Shown here: positions 11,100-24,315 of the stretch, piece after piece | Position numbering within the stretch: the stretch's first letter is position 1 | How the letters are laid out: each line of letters starts with the position of its first letter | Source: Rhynchobatus australiae | Taxonomy: Eukaryota | NCBI GenBank assembly: GCA_034780895.1 | Contig: JAUZTB010000087.1 | Coordinates: 64,075,261 to 64,139,260, forward strand | Direction: 5' to 3' | Length of the DNA: 64,000 nucleotides | Notes under the pieces: model-generated | Database searches by the model: none | What the model was told of the DNA's origin: nothing | The model's input: the letters and a program-made list of their open reading frames with translations, nothing else | Made by a program: the position numbers and the translations under genes

Positions 11100-12465
11100 C
11101 ACCAGAACTGCTGTCTTAATAGCCACATTTTTTAATTTTTCAACTATATCCACAATGTCATATAGTCATTCACCAGTGAAATAAACAATCAATTTAACCT
11201 GAAGGATCCTCTATATAATTTCCTTCAGTAATAATTCCCTTAAGGCTGGTACAATGTTTCACAACTTCATAGTAGCAGTAATAAAGAAATTTCCCAAACA
11301 ATCAGATTTTGAAATGTAAAAAAAATTAACATGATTAGCAATGTGAGAATTAATGACCTTTCAAAATAATGCAGAATTCATGTCACATCTTTAAAGGTGA
11401 AATTGTGAATGTTTGGCAAACATACAGCATAAATGATTTAAAACAAAAGTCATTTTGTCAGTTTCATAACTTTTATTTAAAAAGTACTCAAAGTAGGCTG
11501 TATTTGTGACCTTGTGAAAAATTGACCAATGGAGCAGTAACAACTGCAGCCATACAGTGTAACAGGTATTCATTGAATGCACCACATATGTACAATTACA
11601 CATTTTAAAAAGGAAAACGATATGTGCAACCAAAAAATTAAATTATAGCTTTACCCCTTCCAAGTAAATAAAAAATGATGGGGACATGGTTTCATTTTAT
11701 ACTTAAAGAAAATATTCACCAATCATTCTTCATCTGCTTTATCCTGATCTGTTCACAATGTGAAAAATGTATTAATATAAATGAGTAGATTTATGGAAAG
11801 AAAGGAGCCTCATTAATTTAGTGAGGCTACTTTAAAGTAGGGCTATTATGGTGGGTGATTTTCAGTTGGATTACATCAGAGAGATTTAACAAGACCATTC
11901 TCAAAGCTATTAGAGATCTTAGAAACAGCCGGTTCTGTACATTTACAATTGTGAACAGATGGTTTTGCAGACTTTCCCTAATCCATTGTGATAAACTTAA
12001 TCAAAAAACTAATTTACATAGTAAAACAGTAGCAAGATCTCATTTAGCCATGATAACCAAATCNNNNNNNNNNNNNNNNNNNNNNNNNNNNNNNNNNNNN
12101 NNNNNNNNNNNNNNNNNNNNNNNNNNNNNNNNNNNNNNNNNNNNNNNNNNNNNNNNNNNNNNNTCAACAGCATACTAGCCTCAGTATTGGTTATCTGAAA
12201 ATTTAAAAGTAGGGAATCACTGCTACTGTGCAAGTATGTAAACTCCTAAACTCACATACAACCTTAAGTGTAGGAGGAAAAAAAACTAATATACAGGCAC
12301 TCTGAAAGACAATATGCATGAATAAAATTAGTTTTATTATATATAAATATTAGAGGTGAGTTACTGTTACTACACAATCCCTTTCCTACAAAGAAATGTG
12401 ATCATATTGTATACAGATACAGCAAATAAAGCTCCATCCACAGACACTGCTTTGAACCAAACATG
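11100..12465 (-). other. Probable 3'UTR of the CAB39-family gene (distal end uncertain)
   Basis: Repeat-free AU-rich stretch after the stop. Minus-strand AATAAA at 11472-11477 and a UGUACAUA Pumilio-type element at 11587-11594. Confidence 0.55.
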
Positions 12466-12654
12466 TTAAGACTGTTGAGGCGCTGGTCTTTTCAAATCCC
12501 TGATCTGTTTAATCAAATAGGATTTCTCATCATTAAACTGGTCATCGTCTGTTCTGTCTGCTTGGAATTGACTGAGGAATTCTATCAGTTTGGTCTGGTT
12601 TTTCAACAGGATGTCCAGAATGGGTTGTGTTTTATTTGGATTTGCCACAAAAAC
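12466..12654 (-). CDS. cab39l1: CAB39/MO25-family last coding exon ([16 protein letters not shown]...[12 protein letters not shown])
   Basis: 189 nt including TAA. Acceptor ccttttag|GTT. The spliced CDS totals 339 aa with no frameshift. Confidence 0.96.
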   Translation of the reverse strand, partial: VFVANPNKTQPILDILLKNQTKLIEFLSQFQADRTDDDQFNDEKSYLIKQIRDLKRPAPQQS

Positions 12655-15600
12655 CTAAAAGGGTAAAGAGAGATCAACATACAAAGCATTAAGAAATTAG
12701 GCAGATTTGATTTTTCAAATGATATCTAGATTTCACCTATATTATTTTAATCTTTCAATGTGGTTGCAAAACTATGTCCATCCAAAGCATTCATTTCTTC
12801 TCAAATTGTAATAAATTGACTTGCTTTTGCACCAGCTGGAAAGTTAAGCCTTTGATCAGTTTGCTAATATATGCAACTGCTCAAAGGCTCCCAATCTCAG
12901 ATTTTCTTGAGATAGAAAGTTAATGCTTTAGGGCAATGACCTTACAGATGACCCAATCAATTTATTACATTTTTCTTTTCACAGTTACTGCCTGACCGGC
13001 TGAGTATTTCTAGTGTTTTCTATTTCTAAATTTGTGTTCCCAGCATCTGTAATGTTTAGCTCCTAGTTTTCATCACATTCTCTTATTCTTTTGTGCTTTA
13101 CTTAAACTGCTCATATCCACTCAGATCATTTCCCTGTATTTTGAGCCTTTGGATAAGCAAAGGGATACATCAAAAGACAAGAGGTTTCATATCCTCTGAT
13201 GGCACACCAGGCAATGGGCACTTTAAAACAAACAGCAAACAACCATACACTATCTGTTTACTTGTGAATCAGCCTAGAAAGTCAAGGTTCACAACACACA
13301 AACAAAAAGAACTGCAGAATAATGCTTTAGTTAGAATGGAAATTACTTTCAGCTGGTTGGTCACTGTGTAAACTAACACTGAAATAAACATTAGAATTAA
13401 CATTTCAGTAAACAGCTGGAATGGGAAAAAATGAGATTCAGTCTAGCNNNNNNNNNNNNNNNNNNNNNNNNNNNNNNNNNNNNNNNNNNNNNNNNNNNNN
13501 NNNNNNNNNNNNNNNNNNNNNNNNNNNNNNNNNNNNNNNNNNNNNNNNNNNNNNNNNNNNNNNNNNNNNNNNNNNNNNNNNNNNNNNNNNNNNNNNNNNN
13601 NNNNNNNNNNNNNNNNNNNNNNNNNNNNNNNNNNNNNNNNNNNNNNNNNNNNNNNNNNNNNNNNNNNNNNNNNNNNNNNNNNNNNNNNNNNNNNNNNNNN
13701 NNNNNNNNNNNNNNNNNNNNNNNNNNNNNNNNNNNNNNNNNNNNNNNNNNNNNNNNNNNNNNNNNNNNNNNNNNNNNNNNNNNNNNNNNNNNNNNNNNNN
13801 NNNNNNNNNNNNNNNNNNNNNNNNNNNNNNNNNNNNNNNNNNNNNNNNNNNNNCTTCATCCACCACTCTATACATTCCTTCCACCACTTGCACACAGTAA
13901 CTGTGGCGAATACTATCCACAAAGTGTACCAACTACTTGAACAGAATTTCCAAAATGGATCTCCATCGCCTAGGAGGAGGGGAGTAGTTACTTGGTAACC
14001 CCTCCAAACCATACACCATCCTGACTTGGAACTATATCCCTGTTTTTTCATTGATGCTGATTTTAAATCCTGAAATTCCCAAACAACATTATGGGAGAAA
14101 CTTTACCGGCAGAGGTTCAAAAAGTTTGGATCACCACCACTTTCTCAAGGGCAATTAAAGCTGTCACCCACATCCTGGAAAATGAACAAATAAAACTCAA
14201 CTACTTCATGAATGCTGGCATGGACTGGGTGGGTCAAATGGCCTGTCTATCTCTGTCCCTTGTGTCTTGTATAATCCTATGTAAAGAGGGATCCTTGCTG
14301 TGGTTTGTAGCTGATTTGCAAAGTAAAACTGCTGACAATTCTACCGAAAGACAAATTCTCAGTTTTCCTACTATAATCCATTATAAAAATGACAAATAAT
14401 ATCCAAGCAAGACTTAAAAAAAACACATCTAGAGATTTACTGTCTATTCTCACTAAAGTACTGGCAGAGGGCAGGGTGCTGTCAGACTAAACACACACTC
14501 TTTTCACAACAAAGCTAGAATTTCAGTTAGTTATATCCCAAGCATAAAATACTCAATTGGTCCTAGACACCGTTTCTGCGGATTGGGCCATAACACCCGC
14601 AACACTCTCCCTGTCAGAGCGAAACAAAACCCACACCCCAAAGGAATACATCTTGCTTTGGTGGTTCAGAGGTCAGTGGGTGGATGACACAGCTGCACCT
14701 CTACATCTATTGCCAAATTATAAATGACAACAAAATAGGTGTGGAATGAGGTGGAGCTGCAGGGGCAGAGAATGGGGGAACCAAAGAAGGCACATCGAGG
14801 AACCAGTGGGATTGGCTCATTGACATGAAAGGACATTAGAAAAATACCTTTGAAATAATGCACAAAACTGAACAAAATAACAAAGGCAAAAAAACTTTCT
14901 AATCAAGAACATGGTTTCAAATAAAACACAATATGCCTTGAACCTTGGGTGACATGCAACTTAAACAGATAAACCAATTTTCTGCAAAGAATTATGAAGC
15001 AAATTGGGATTGTGTTTTTCTATTGCCAAAGAAAATACACATAAGCCCTACAGCACCATTTCACAATCTCTGCAGGTCCCAGTGCACAAATGAAGTAGAA
15101 ATCTAGAAACCTATTTCACAATAAATTCTACAAGTCAGTAACAGAAGACACATATCATACCACTTACAATATTAAGTGCCGTGAATAACTGGTAGCATGT
15201 TTTATTGGGACATATTTTGAAATGGGTCACACCTATATAAGGGGAATTATAAACATGATTGGAGTTAAAATTTTATGGTTAGTATAGAAGGTGAAGAGTT
15301 AGTTATGCACTGTTGCTAAATTGGTGTCCTTTAACTTCAAGTATTAATAGAGATGAGCACTCTTCTGAAGTGCAGATTAAAATTTGCTACAAAGTTCTGA
15401 ATGGCAATCTTTTTAATCTGAAAAATCTAAACCACACAATTATGAACGATTCTGTACCAAAATGTGTACTGAATTAGTGTAAATGAAGGAGATGTCCCAA
15501 GAAAAACAAGATCCAGCATCCTATTGGCCAACATTTTCCACACTGCTGGGACTAGATGCATCCATAAAAGGCACAGTAGTGGACTTGATAAGGTGCTCCT

Positions 15601-17230
15601 TTCAATTTGAGAGTGGTGTTCCAGCTGGAAGCTGCAGCAGGCCTATATCAATTATATAGACCTCTGTTTTTCCAATTAGAATACCACAGTGCTTGCCAAA
15701 TGAGGAGGAGGTGCAATATCTTCCTCTTTTATTCTGCCTTGAGATATGTGTCAGAGGTTCAGGCTCAATAGTCACTTCTCCTGATGAGAAATGTACATCA
15801 GAATGTCATGTGCCCAGACAGCCCTACTTAGGGATGATTTAATATTCTTCCTCAGTATAAAGTAATCCATTTTTGTGAAATAAACAGATGGTTTACTTCT
15901 GACAGAGAATGCAAATAAAGACACTAAGACACAGGCTCCACAGCCACAAAAAGACAAATAAAAAACAACTTTAATTCCATTATAACAAAAATAAAATCAC
16001 ACTGCAATTTGTGCCTATGGACAATACAATTCTTGCACCAGCCCACCAGCCATTTTTGTTGCATGCTGAATTCAATAATCTCCACCATGTTCTCTGTAAC
16101 TCACCCCCAAGCTCTAGTTGTAGCAGTGATGTGAAAAGCAATTTGCACTCAAAACTCGATAATAGCAAACAGCATCCACTCCATGCAGTTTTGTTCATAT
16201 AAAAAATGTGTGAAGTTATATTTACAAGTATTGGTCATGAAATCAGTGATACGCTTCTTGTAATGACTGTTCCTACATTGAGAACTTTTGATATTCCATT
16301 TAGAACAATTTGATTAAATTGACACAGCTGCAAGTACAGAATGATATGCAATCTTGTATTACACAAAAACTGAATGAAACAATGTGTTTAATGATTTTTC
16401 TCTCTTCTAAGAACCATAAAAGGTTTACATTGCATGTTTTAACTTTGCTTTGGTCATGATTGCACAACTCGTTTTCTCATACACCAGATACCCAAAACAC
16501 ACTATTCTGTCACATCAAGAGATTACCAGGTGGACAGAAGAAGATACAAAGATGTTCTCAAAGCCTCCAAAAAGCTGTAACATTCCCACCTATGCAAGGG
16601 ATTCCCTGCCCTATAACAGCTGTAAAAATTCCCTCCTACTCACAGGATTCCCTGGCCCACAACCACTTAGAATGCTGAAGGAGAATTCAGGACGGCAATG
16701 GGTATCTTGACTCCATTCACTGGGAGCACAGAGCAGCCCAGCATAACTGGTGGAATGAGGACACCACCTTCCAAACTAGACAGCCACCCACTCAAGCACT
16801 TATTGTTTCACTTGCGGTAGAGTTTACAGTTCCCACATTAGCTTCATCAGGAACCTCAGAGCCCACAGAAGTCACCCTCAAAACCAAGGAACTGCCTAAG
16901 AACAAGAGGAAAAAACAAATATGGGATGCATTACCTAGTCAGGAGCACAAGCAGCTCCAACAAACAACAGTGTCACCTCTCAACAGCACTAACACTGGAC
17001 CAACCCTACTGTATTTGTCATATAATCACCGTCTTGTTTGCTCAAACTCAGGGTAGATTTTGATAGAACAGATGAGAAATAGTTTCTACTGACAGGATGG
17101 TAATTAGCAAGAGGACAGAAATTATACACAATTTTAACTTGGAGTAAATTTGTCCAAACTGAGTCAGTTTTTGATGCAAGCAATTTTCAATTTAAACATC
17201 TATTAGTAGGTTAATATTGTTGTCTCTTAC

Positions 17231-17374
17231 CTTGAATACATGAAACGCCTCAAACTGGATATTTCTGCTTTGGTCCTTTAAGAGGTTCATCATGAGCTTG
17301 AGATTTTCAGGTTTACTGATATACCGAGTCATAACTGTAAAATTGTGCCTGTCCAACAGCAGCTCTCCTATAAG
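17231..17374 (-). CDS. cab39l1: CAB39/MO25-family coding exon 7 ([12 protein letters not shown]...[10 protein letters not shown])
   Basis: 144 nt. Acceptor gtgtcaag|CTT, donor AAG|GTAAGA. Confidence 0.95.
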
Positions 17375-18719
17375 CTTGACACAAAATGGATGATAACCAA
17401 ATGTCAACAGAATAACACACAACATAAACATGGATTTATTTGAAATCAATTACGAGTCTATAGTTTCTCACTTCCTCAATAAATTCCAGCAATAGCTTAG
17501 GACACATTGACCCGATAGCAAGATAAGAGTCTAAACAAATGATTATATGAGTGCTGTATACAGATAATGAGTCATAGTTGGGATACAAAGTGGGTACCCC
17601 TTGGCTTGCAAGGTTAACAAGAGGACACTAAAGGTTATTGCTTGGAGTGTATTCATTGGGCAAAACTAAGTCAATGACTTGCTATAGGAGCTAAATAAAA
17701 GACACTGGGGAAATATATGTGCTAATATTATTAAGATATTTATACTTCCAAAATGAAAAGAAAAGTGGATGCACAATATAAAAACTCCAGGCAAAAGAGA
17801 TTCANNNNNNNNNNNNNNNNNNNNNNNNNNNNNNNNNNNNNNNNNNNNNNNNNNNNNNNNNNNNNNNNNNNNNNNNNNNNNNNNNNNNNNNNNNNNNNNN
17901 NNNNATGTTAAGATAATAAAAAACAAATAGAAAGCAGAGATATAACTTCTTCGTAAGGAGTGGTGAATATGTGAAATAGCATTACCATGGAGTCACTGGG
18001 TGTGGAGGATTTTGAGTGAATGATGCAGAGATTTTTTGGCAGACAGGATTGTTGAAGAATGAAGTTGGCAAGGTCTGACACATGAAGCACATATGAATGG
18101 AAGAGATCACTTCCAGTACTGTCAGTTCTATGCTTGATGAGAAATTGTGACACAATGGATTGGTAATGAGGAAGAAGAGGTGATTACATGCATCTTAAGT
18201 AACCACCATTCCCTGTAGCTTGCTAACATCCCAGAGTTATTCCTGAAATTGATCAGCCTCTCTGCCTTCTCCAGCCAGGAGGAAGCAGTACATGATTCAT
18301 GGACAAGGAGAGCCCACTGGACCATTTCTTTGTTCGCACATGGACAGTATGCAAAAATGAATATGCACATTAATAAATGAATGGAAATAGAATCATCGAC
18401 ATTCTGCTCTAAAAGAAGGTTCTTCTCAATACAACAGAAGCTCTTCAAGTATAACCCCTATACTGGCAATTTAGCACTCACCTCTAATCAGTGCCCTCCA
18501 TTTACTACTCCAACCAAAAACACATTTCAAATCTGACAATGCCTGTATAGCTGTTTTATTTATCAGAACAGCATTCCCACTACTTCCCATTAAAAATGAA
18601 CAAAACATTTCCCGCACTGAGCCAGGTTCTTATTGCAACAAATGAAATTTATTCCAAAGCCACTTCACAGCAGAGCAGAAATGGTTAGGAGGGATGTTAT
18701 TGAAATGGCAGCTTCAGAT

Positions 18720-19450
18720 ACAAGGTACTGCAGCCGCTAGAAATCTGAAATAAAACAGAATATCGCTGGAAATACACAGGAGGTCAGGTAACATCTGTGG
18801 AGAGAGGAATAAGGTTAACATTACAAGGCCAGTGACCTTTCACCAGAATTGTGAAAAGTGAGGGGTGAAACATTTTTAACAGCTTCATTACAGCCTTTGG
18901 ACAATGAATTCATATAATCAGCAATTCCACCCTATGTACCTCATTATTTCCTGCACGTCTCGTTTGGGGGGGGNNNNNNNNNNNNNNNNNNNNNNNNNNN
19001 NNNNNNNNNNNNNNNNNNNNNNNNNNNNNNNNNNNNNNNNNNNNNNNNNNNNNNNNNNNNNNNNNNNNNNNNNGTACCTCATTATTTCCTGCACGTATAG
19101 TTTCCCTCCCCCCCCCCCCTATTTCTTTTATGCTGGTAATTTCATAATAATGATCCTCTCCTTTCTGTAGCTCTTCCAGACCACACATTCAATATTTAAA
19201 TTCCTTTACCACCCTCTTTCACTCAGCTCCATTAGCCTTTTTGTCTTTTAATCTCTCCTGTCCTCCATTTTATAATATTCTCATTTGTTCTCTCCTTCCC
19301 TACCCCATTCACTCCCCTCCAGCCATTTCTTTACTGCTTAAAATACCCCTTTTCTCTGTTCTGATGAAACTTTATTTAGCTGAAACATTAATTCTGTTTC
19401 TCTCTCCACAGGTGCCTGACCTATCTATTTCCACTATCTTGTTTTATTTC
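18720..19450. mobile_element. Penelope-derived element bounded by inverted terminal repeats
   Basis: Minus-oriented terminus at 18720-18850 and plus-oriented terminus at 19350-19450, each with a hammerhead-like CTG(A/G)TGA motif. Confidence 0.6.
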
Positions 19451-20639
19451 ACTTCCACGCTAGTGGACAGAAGCGCCTTTCATTGCCAGGGAGCTATAGT
19501 TGAGGTTCCTGACACAATGTGGTTGAGGAGGAGTGTGAAATATTGGATGAGAAAAAGAGGACTGTGAAATATTAATAGGAAATATTAACAGATTTAATGT
19601 CATTGAAAGTAGATAAATTACCAGTCTTGAATAAAAAGTACCACAAAGCATTAAAAACAAGGCCAGAAATAAGAGGTTCTACTATCATTTTCCAGTGCTC
19701 TCTTAAATTGAGGATGGTGCTGGATGAATGGACGTTGCTAACTTGGTACCATGGTACTAAAAAATTAAACCAAGCCACTAAAGATCAGTCATCCTAATAT
19801 AACTGGCAGGCTATTTACTGCACAAATAAATCTGAGGAACTGTACTGATCTCATTCAGAAAGGCAGAGAATAATCAAGGACAGTCAGCATGGATTTGTTA
19901 AGGGAACTAAGTTTAAATTTTAAACATTTGAGGACATCTACCTGGATTTTTCCCCCAAGGCTTTTGACTAAGTCACACATGGCAGCCTGATCACAAAACA
20001 AGCAATGATTCAGTGGAAAATGGCAACTAGGATCCAAAATTGACATAGTGACAGGAAGTGCAGGAATCAGTGTTGGGCATTTGGATTTTGTGGTACATGG
20101 CAAAGATATACAATGCACAGAGATCGCACAGAAGAACAGCTTCTCCATCAGATTTCTGAATGGTCCATGACCCATGAACACTACCTCATTATTCCCTTTT
20201 TTTTGGAATTGTATATTTATTTTTGTAATTTATAGCAATTTAATATCTCTGCACTGTACTACTGCTGCAAAACAAAGATTTTCACATCTGAAAATCAGTC
20301 TGTATGGGGATAAATTACTCCTTAACAAATTTCAGAATTCCAGTTTATGAATAAAAAGTCAGAAATTAATGTTTTAATAGATTCTCCAGTTATAACTGTC
20401 TCAACTATCTAAGTATTATGAGAGAATACATAGCTCTTTATATAGTTTTTGTATAAAGGCATCCATTCAAAAATCAAATGCTAAATATTTTGGATAGTAG
20501 GGTAATCAGACACCAAGACATCAAATCTCATTTGATGCATTCAATAAAATAATCAGAACCTCCTAAAAAGGTGGGGAGGAGGGCTTTGGCAACGAGTGAG
20601 TTGAGAGAGGATCATGTCAGACATTGTGTACTGAGATTG

Positions 20640-21305
20640 AAGCAAAATTTGTGTTACTGTGGTTATTTCATTAAGTTGAAAAGAAACCACAAGGCCATGG
20701 ACATTAGGCTGTATAACCCAATTTATCAAAAAGAAAAAGAATCAATGGATTTCACTTGCTTACAAAATGTACACCCCTTGGACTGCATGCAGTTTTAGTC
20801 TCATAACCCAAGAAAGGATATACCACCTTTGGAGACAGTTCAGGGAGAATTCACTAGGCTGATTTGTGGGACAAGTTGTTTTATTAGGCTAAAAAGATCT
20901 GTATTCTTTGGAGTTTAGAAGAATGAAAGTGAATCCTATTGATACAGATAAGATCCTAAGAGGCCATAACAGGGTAGATGTTGAGATATTTCTACTGCTG
21001 GAGGAGTTTCCAATGAGAGGACATTGCTACAAATAAGGGAATATTCATTTAAAACTGAAGCGAGTAGGAATTTTCTTGCAGTGTGAAGAATCTCTGGAAT
21101 TCTCTACCCCAGAGGGTTATGGAGGGGCTACGTTATTGGAGTATTTAAAGAGGAGGTAGTAACTTTTTGAAAGATCAGGGAATTGAGGGTTATGTGGAAC
21201 TGGCACAGAAGAGGAGATGTTGAGACTTGGGGCAGGTCAGCCATTATTGCATTAAACAGGAGGGAGGTTTGACGGGGCTAGGTGGCTTACTCCTGCCCCT
21301 ATTGT
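20640..21305 (+). mobile_element. CR1-type LINE 3' end
   Basis: Degenerate 'HPLDCMQF', 'YSLEFRRM' and tail 'ttactcctgcccctatt'. Confidence 0.8.
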
Positions 21306-21914
21306 TTGTTTAGAAATGAAAGATAGAAGAGACACTTTGCTACCTTGGTAAAATTAAAATGGGACCATTGTAACAAGATTCAACTTTTTAGCCATCACAG
21401 AGCTTCCAGTGGATTTTTAACTCCTACCTCTCAATGTTGCAAATAAATATAAAAACCTAATAAACATGTTGCACAGTTGAACACAGGCTATAAATTGAAA
21501 AAAATATTTTTGAAGCTCAACTAAATGCTAGTCAGTTCTGGAATTACAGTCAAACAGAACACATATTTAAATGCAATGATACTGATACATAAATATGCAA
21601 AGATTAGTTCTTTAATTACGCTTGCAAATCATTATTGCACTCTCTCCTCTGTTTCTATATACTTTTTATAAAATGGTGGTGAGGTCCAACTAATATTCTG
21701 ATTAGGTTTAACAAGTTCTGCTTTTGAAGTCTATTCCTAATATTCCATTTCAAGTATGATTTAAAATACTGTCCAAACACCCTGCTGCTAATTTGGGGCC
21801 AAAAGATTCTGATATCCTCACAAATGGGTAAAATGCCTAAACAAGTAATTTGGCTTGCTCTTCTATAAATAGTATATAATGGAGCATAAAGTAAATAGAC
21901 TCCTTTTTTATTAC

Positions 21915-21980
21915 CTTTAATGATTGCCTTTTTGTCACATAGTTCTCAGAGTGCAGCAACTTCTCATAGTCATTAAATAC
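21915..21980 (-). CDS. cab39l1: CAB39/MO25-family coding exon 6 (VFNDYEKLLHSENYVTKRQSLK)
   Basis: 66 nt. Acceptor tttccag|GTA, donor AAG|GTAATA. Contains the NYVTKRQSLK motif. Confidence 0.96.
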
Positions 21981-22087
21981 CTGGAAAGAAAAAAAATTCA
22001 TTTGAACAGAATCAAAAATTATGCCATTTAAAAAAAGTTCTTTAAACATGCAAAGGGACATTTAAGCCAAGAACCAAATTTATTTAC

Positions 22088-22147
22088 CAAATCATAATTC
22101 TGTTCTAAAAACTGTCCACACATGACTTTATGTCTGGTAAGCAAGTC
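22088..22147 (-). CDS. cab39l1: CAB39/MO25-family coding exon 5 (DLLTRHKVMCGQFLEQNYDL)
   Basis: 60 nt exon absent from the ORF track, found manually. Acceptor cttttatag|GAC, donor TTG|GTAAAT. Confidence 0.95.
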
Positions 22148-22880
22148 CTATAAAAGAAGATGGCAGAAGTTAAGACTATTCAAGAAATATAATCAGTATC
22201 TCAAAGCATTAAACTATATAATAGTTTAATTATCTTAAATCCAAATTCTTCCAAAACTAAAGCTTCCTGATTGGAGTGAAATTTCTGTGTTTAAAATACA
22301 CAAGAGATTAAGCACTCGCACAGAAAAGATATTTAATTGCTATGGCAGTGAAAGATAAATATGCAGGGAACTCTAGTTCAAATCTCACCAGCATGTGATT
22401 TTGAATTCTGTTTAGGTAACAGGAAAAAGTGACTTTGAAGTTGTTAGATTGCCATAAAAATGAAATGGATCCACAAGCTTCTCTGTGGCTCCAAATCACA
22501 ACAACTAATAAAACCAGCACTATGGGTATACTTCACTTTTCAGACTTCAGCCACTCACAAGAAAGGCTCTTAATAAAACACTTTAAAACGTTCCAAGACA
22601 GAAGATCAGATGTACTAATCTAAATGGATGCATTTTCTTAAAAAAATATAGACTATTATAACATTTCTTCACTGTTACATTACTGAAGCAATTAGATTAC
22701 TTTCAACAATACTACATGGCACAGGAGGAGTAACATGAATGGGGATCCCCTACAATTTGCCAATGATACAATAGTGTGGAAAGCATTAATGATACAATAG
22801 TTAACACGTCTGGATTATAAGAGCATACATTTAAACATGTCAAAGTTAATGAAGGTTTTTTTAAAAACAAGCTTATTTAC

Positions 22881-23049
22881 CTTAAACGTTGCAAAGGCAT
22901 CTGAAGCGATATCAAATGTTGACATTTCCACATATTTGAAGAAATCTCTAAAATGTTCTGAATAAAGGATTATTTTGGCAAGTGGTTCATGTCTGATGCA
23001 TTCTCTCAGCATGATGCCACAGTTCAAGGCAATCTCTGGTGTTTCATAC
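22881..23049 (-). CDS. cab39l1: CAB39/MO25-family coding exon 4 ([21 protein letters not shown]...[12 protein letters not shown])
   Basis: 169 nt, phase 2 to 0. Acceptor ttcattcag|G, donor AAG|GTAAAT. Confidence 0.96.
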
Positions 23050-23809
23050 CTGAATGAAAGAATATACATTGGAGAACAAAGTAGTGATATCAAGGTCTAG
23101 ATTCAGCATGGAGCTGAAACTTTAACAAAAAAAAGCATTAAAGTTTCATTTACAAACAATGCTCAGTTACTGTATTTCCATAGTTTGGTTTTGTTTGGGG
23201 ACTATTTCTAATAAATTAATTTCATCAATTAAGATGACAAATTATATTGTTGCCCTTTAAGATTTGATAGGAAAATGAGGAAAAAAGATACTTTGTTTTC
23301 TACTAAGTAAAGCTTATCCACAGGGCACGAGGTAAAATGCCCAGAACAATTATTCTTATTATGCATTTGAGGTTTCTTTAGTGTTCCCAATCAATGCACA
23401 AAAATAAATTTTCCTAGTAGCTTGTGCTTTACTCCACTATTAGCCAGGAAATTAACACAGTTTAAAGCGAGTTGTATGTTAAGTATTATGACTAAAGAAA
23501 TTAGTCCTCCTGGGGCTCTTGTACCAAAAAATCCATATTCCANNNNNNNNNNNGGAAAATTGACTGCTCTGCTTTTTTTTCAAAACACATAATCTATTAA
23601 TCTGGGGTTTCCCCTCAGATTCAATTAGATTTTCTCTATATTTCAATAACTTTGTTTTTATTTGGAGGAATATGCAATAGTGCAAGATTCCAAGTCAGTA
23701 TCTTGCTTTATACCATTCCTGTATCCAAAGCACAAGAGCTTTGAAACACGTACCGGTTCCAGATTAGGTCAGAAGATGAAACCAAAGAGATGAAATTCAG
23801 AAAATGCCT

Positions 23810-24315
23810 TATTTTCAGTAATACAGGGGACAGAGGTCATACTGCTGCTATACAAATTCTTGTTTGGACCACGCCTGGATGACAGAGTAGTTCTAAACTC
23901 CAAACTATGGGAAGGAAATATGGTCCTTATCAGAAGTGTAATTTAGATTCACTAGAATGATTTCTGGGTGTAAAGGTTAAATCATGGAGAGGTTACAGAA
24001 ATTAGGTTGTACTCCTGGGAATTTAGAAGATTAAGGGGTCATCTAAGCTAATCATTAAGCTAAAAATTAGAGCCAGGCCTTTAAGAAGTGAAATTAGAAA
24101 ACACTTGTAAGAGAAAGGGTGACAGGAGTTTGGAGCATTCTTCTTATAAATAGCAGATGAAGGGCCAATAGTTAAATTTAAATCTGAGACTGATAGATTG
24201 CATTAATCAATAGTATTTAAGGATGTGGAGTAAAGGCAAACTTATGGAGTTAGGTTATTAATCAGCCAAGATCTCACAAAACAGGCCTGAGGTACTATTC
24301 CCTATTCCTATTCTC
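23810..24315 (+). mobile_element. Degenerate CR1-type LINE 3' end
   Basis: 'LLLYKFLFGPRLD', 'gaatttagaagattaagggg' and tail 'tactattccctattcct'. Confidence 0.7.

Noticed and set aside
18935-19096. Identical 23-bp direct repeat gtacctcattatttcctgcacgt flanking a 100-N gap
   Set aside because: Most likely overlapping contig ends next to a G/C homopolymer: an assembly artefact, not a CRISPR repeat or TSD.
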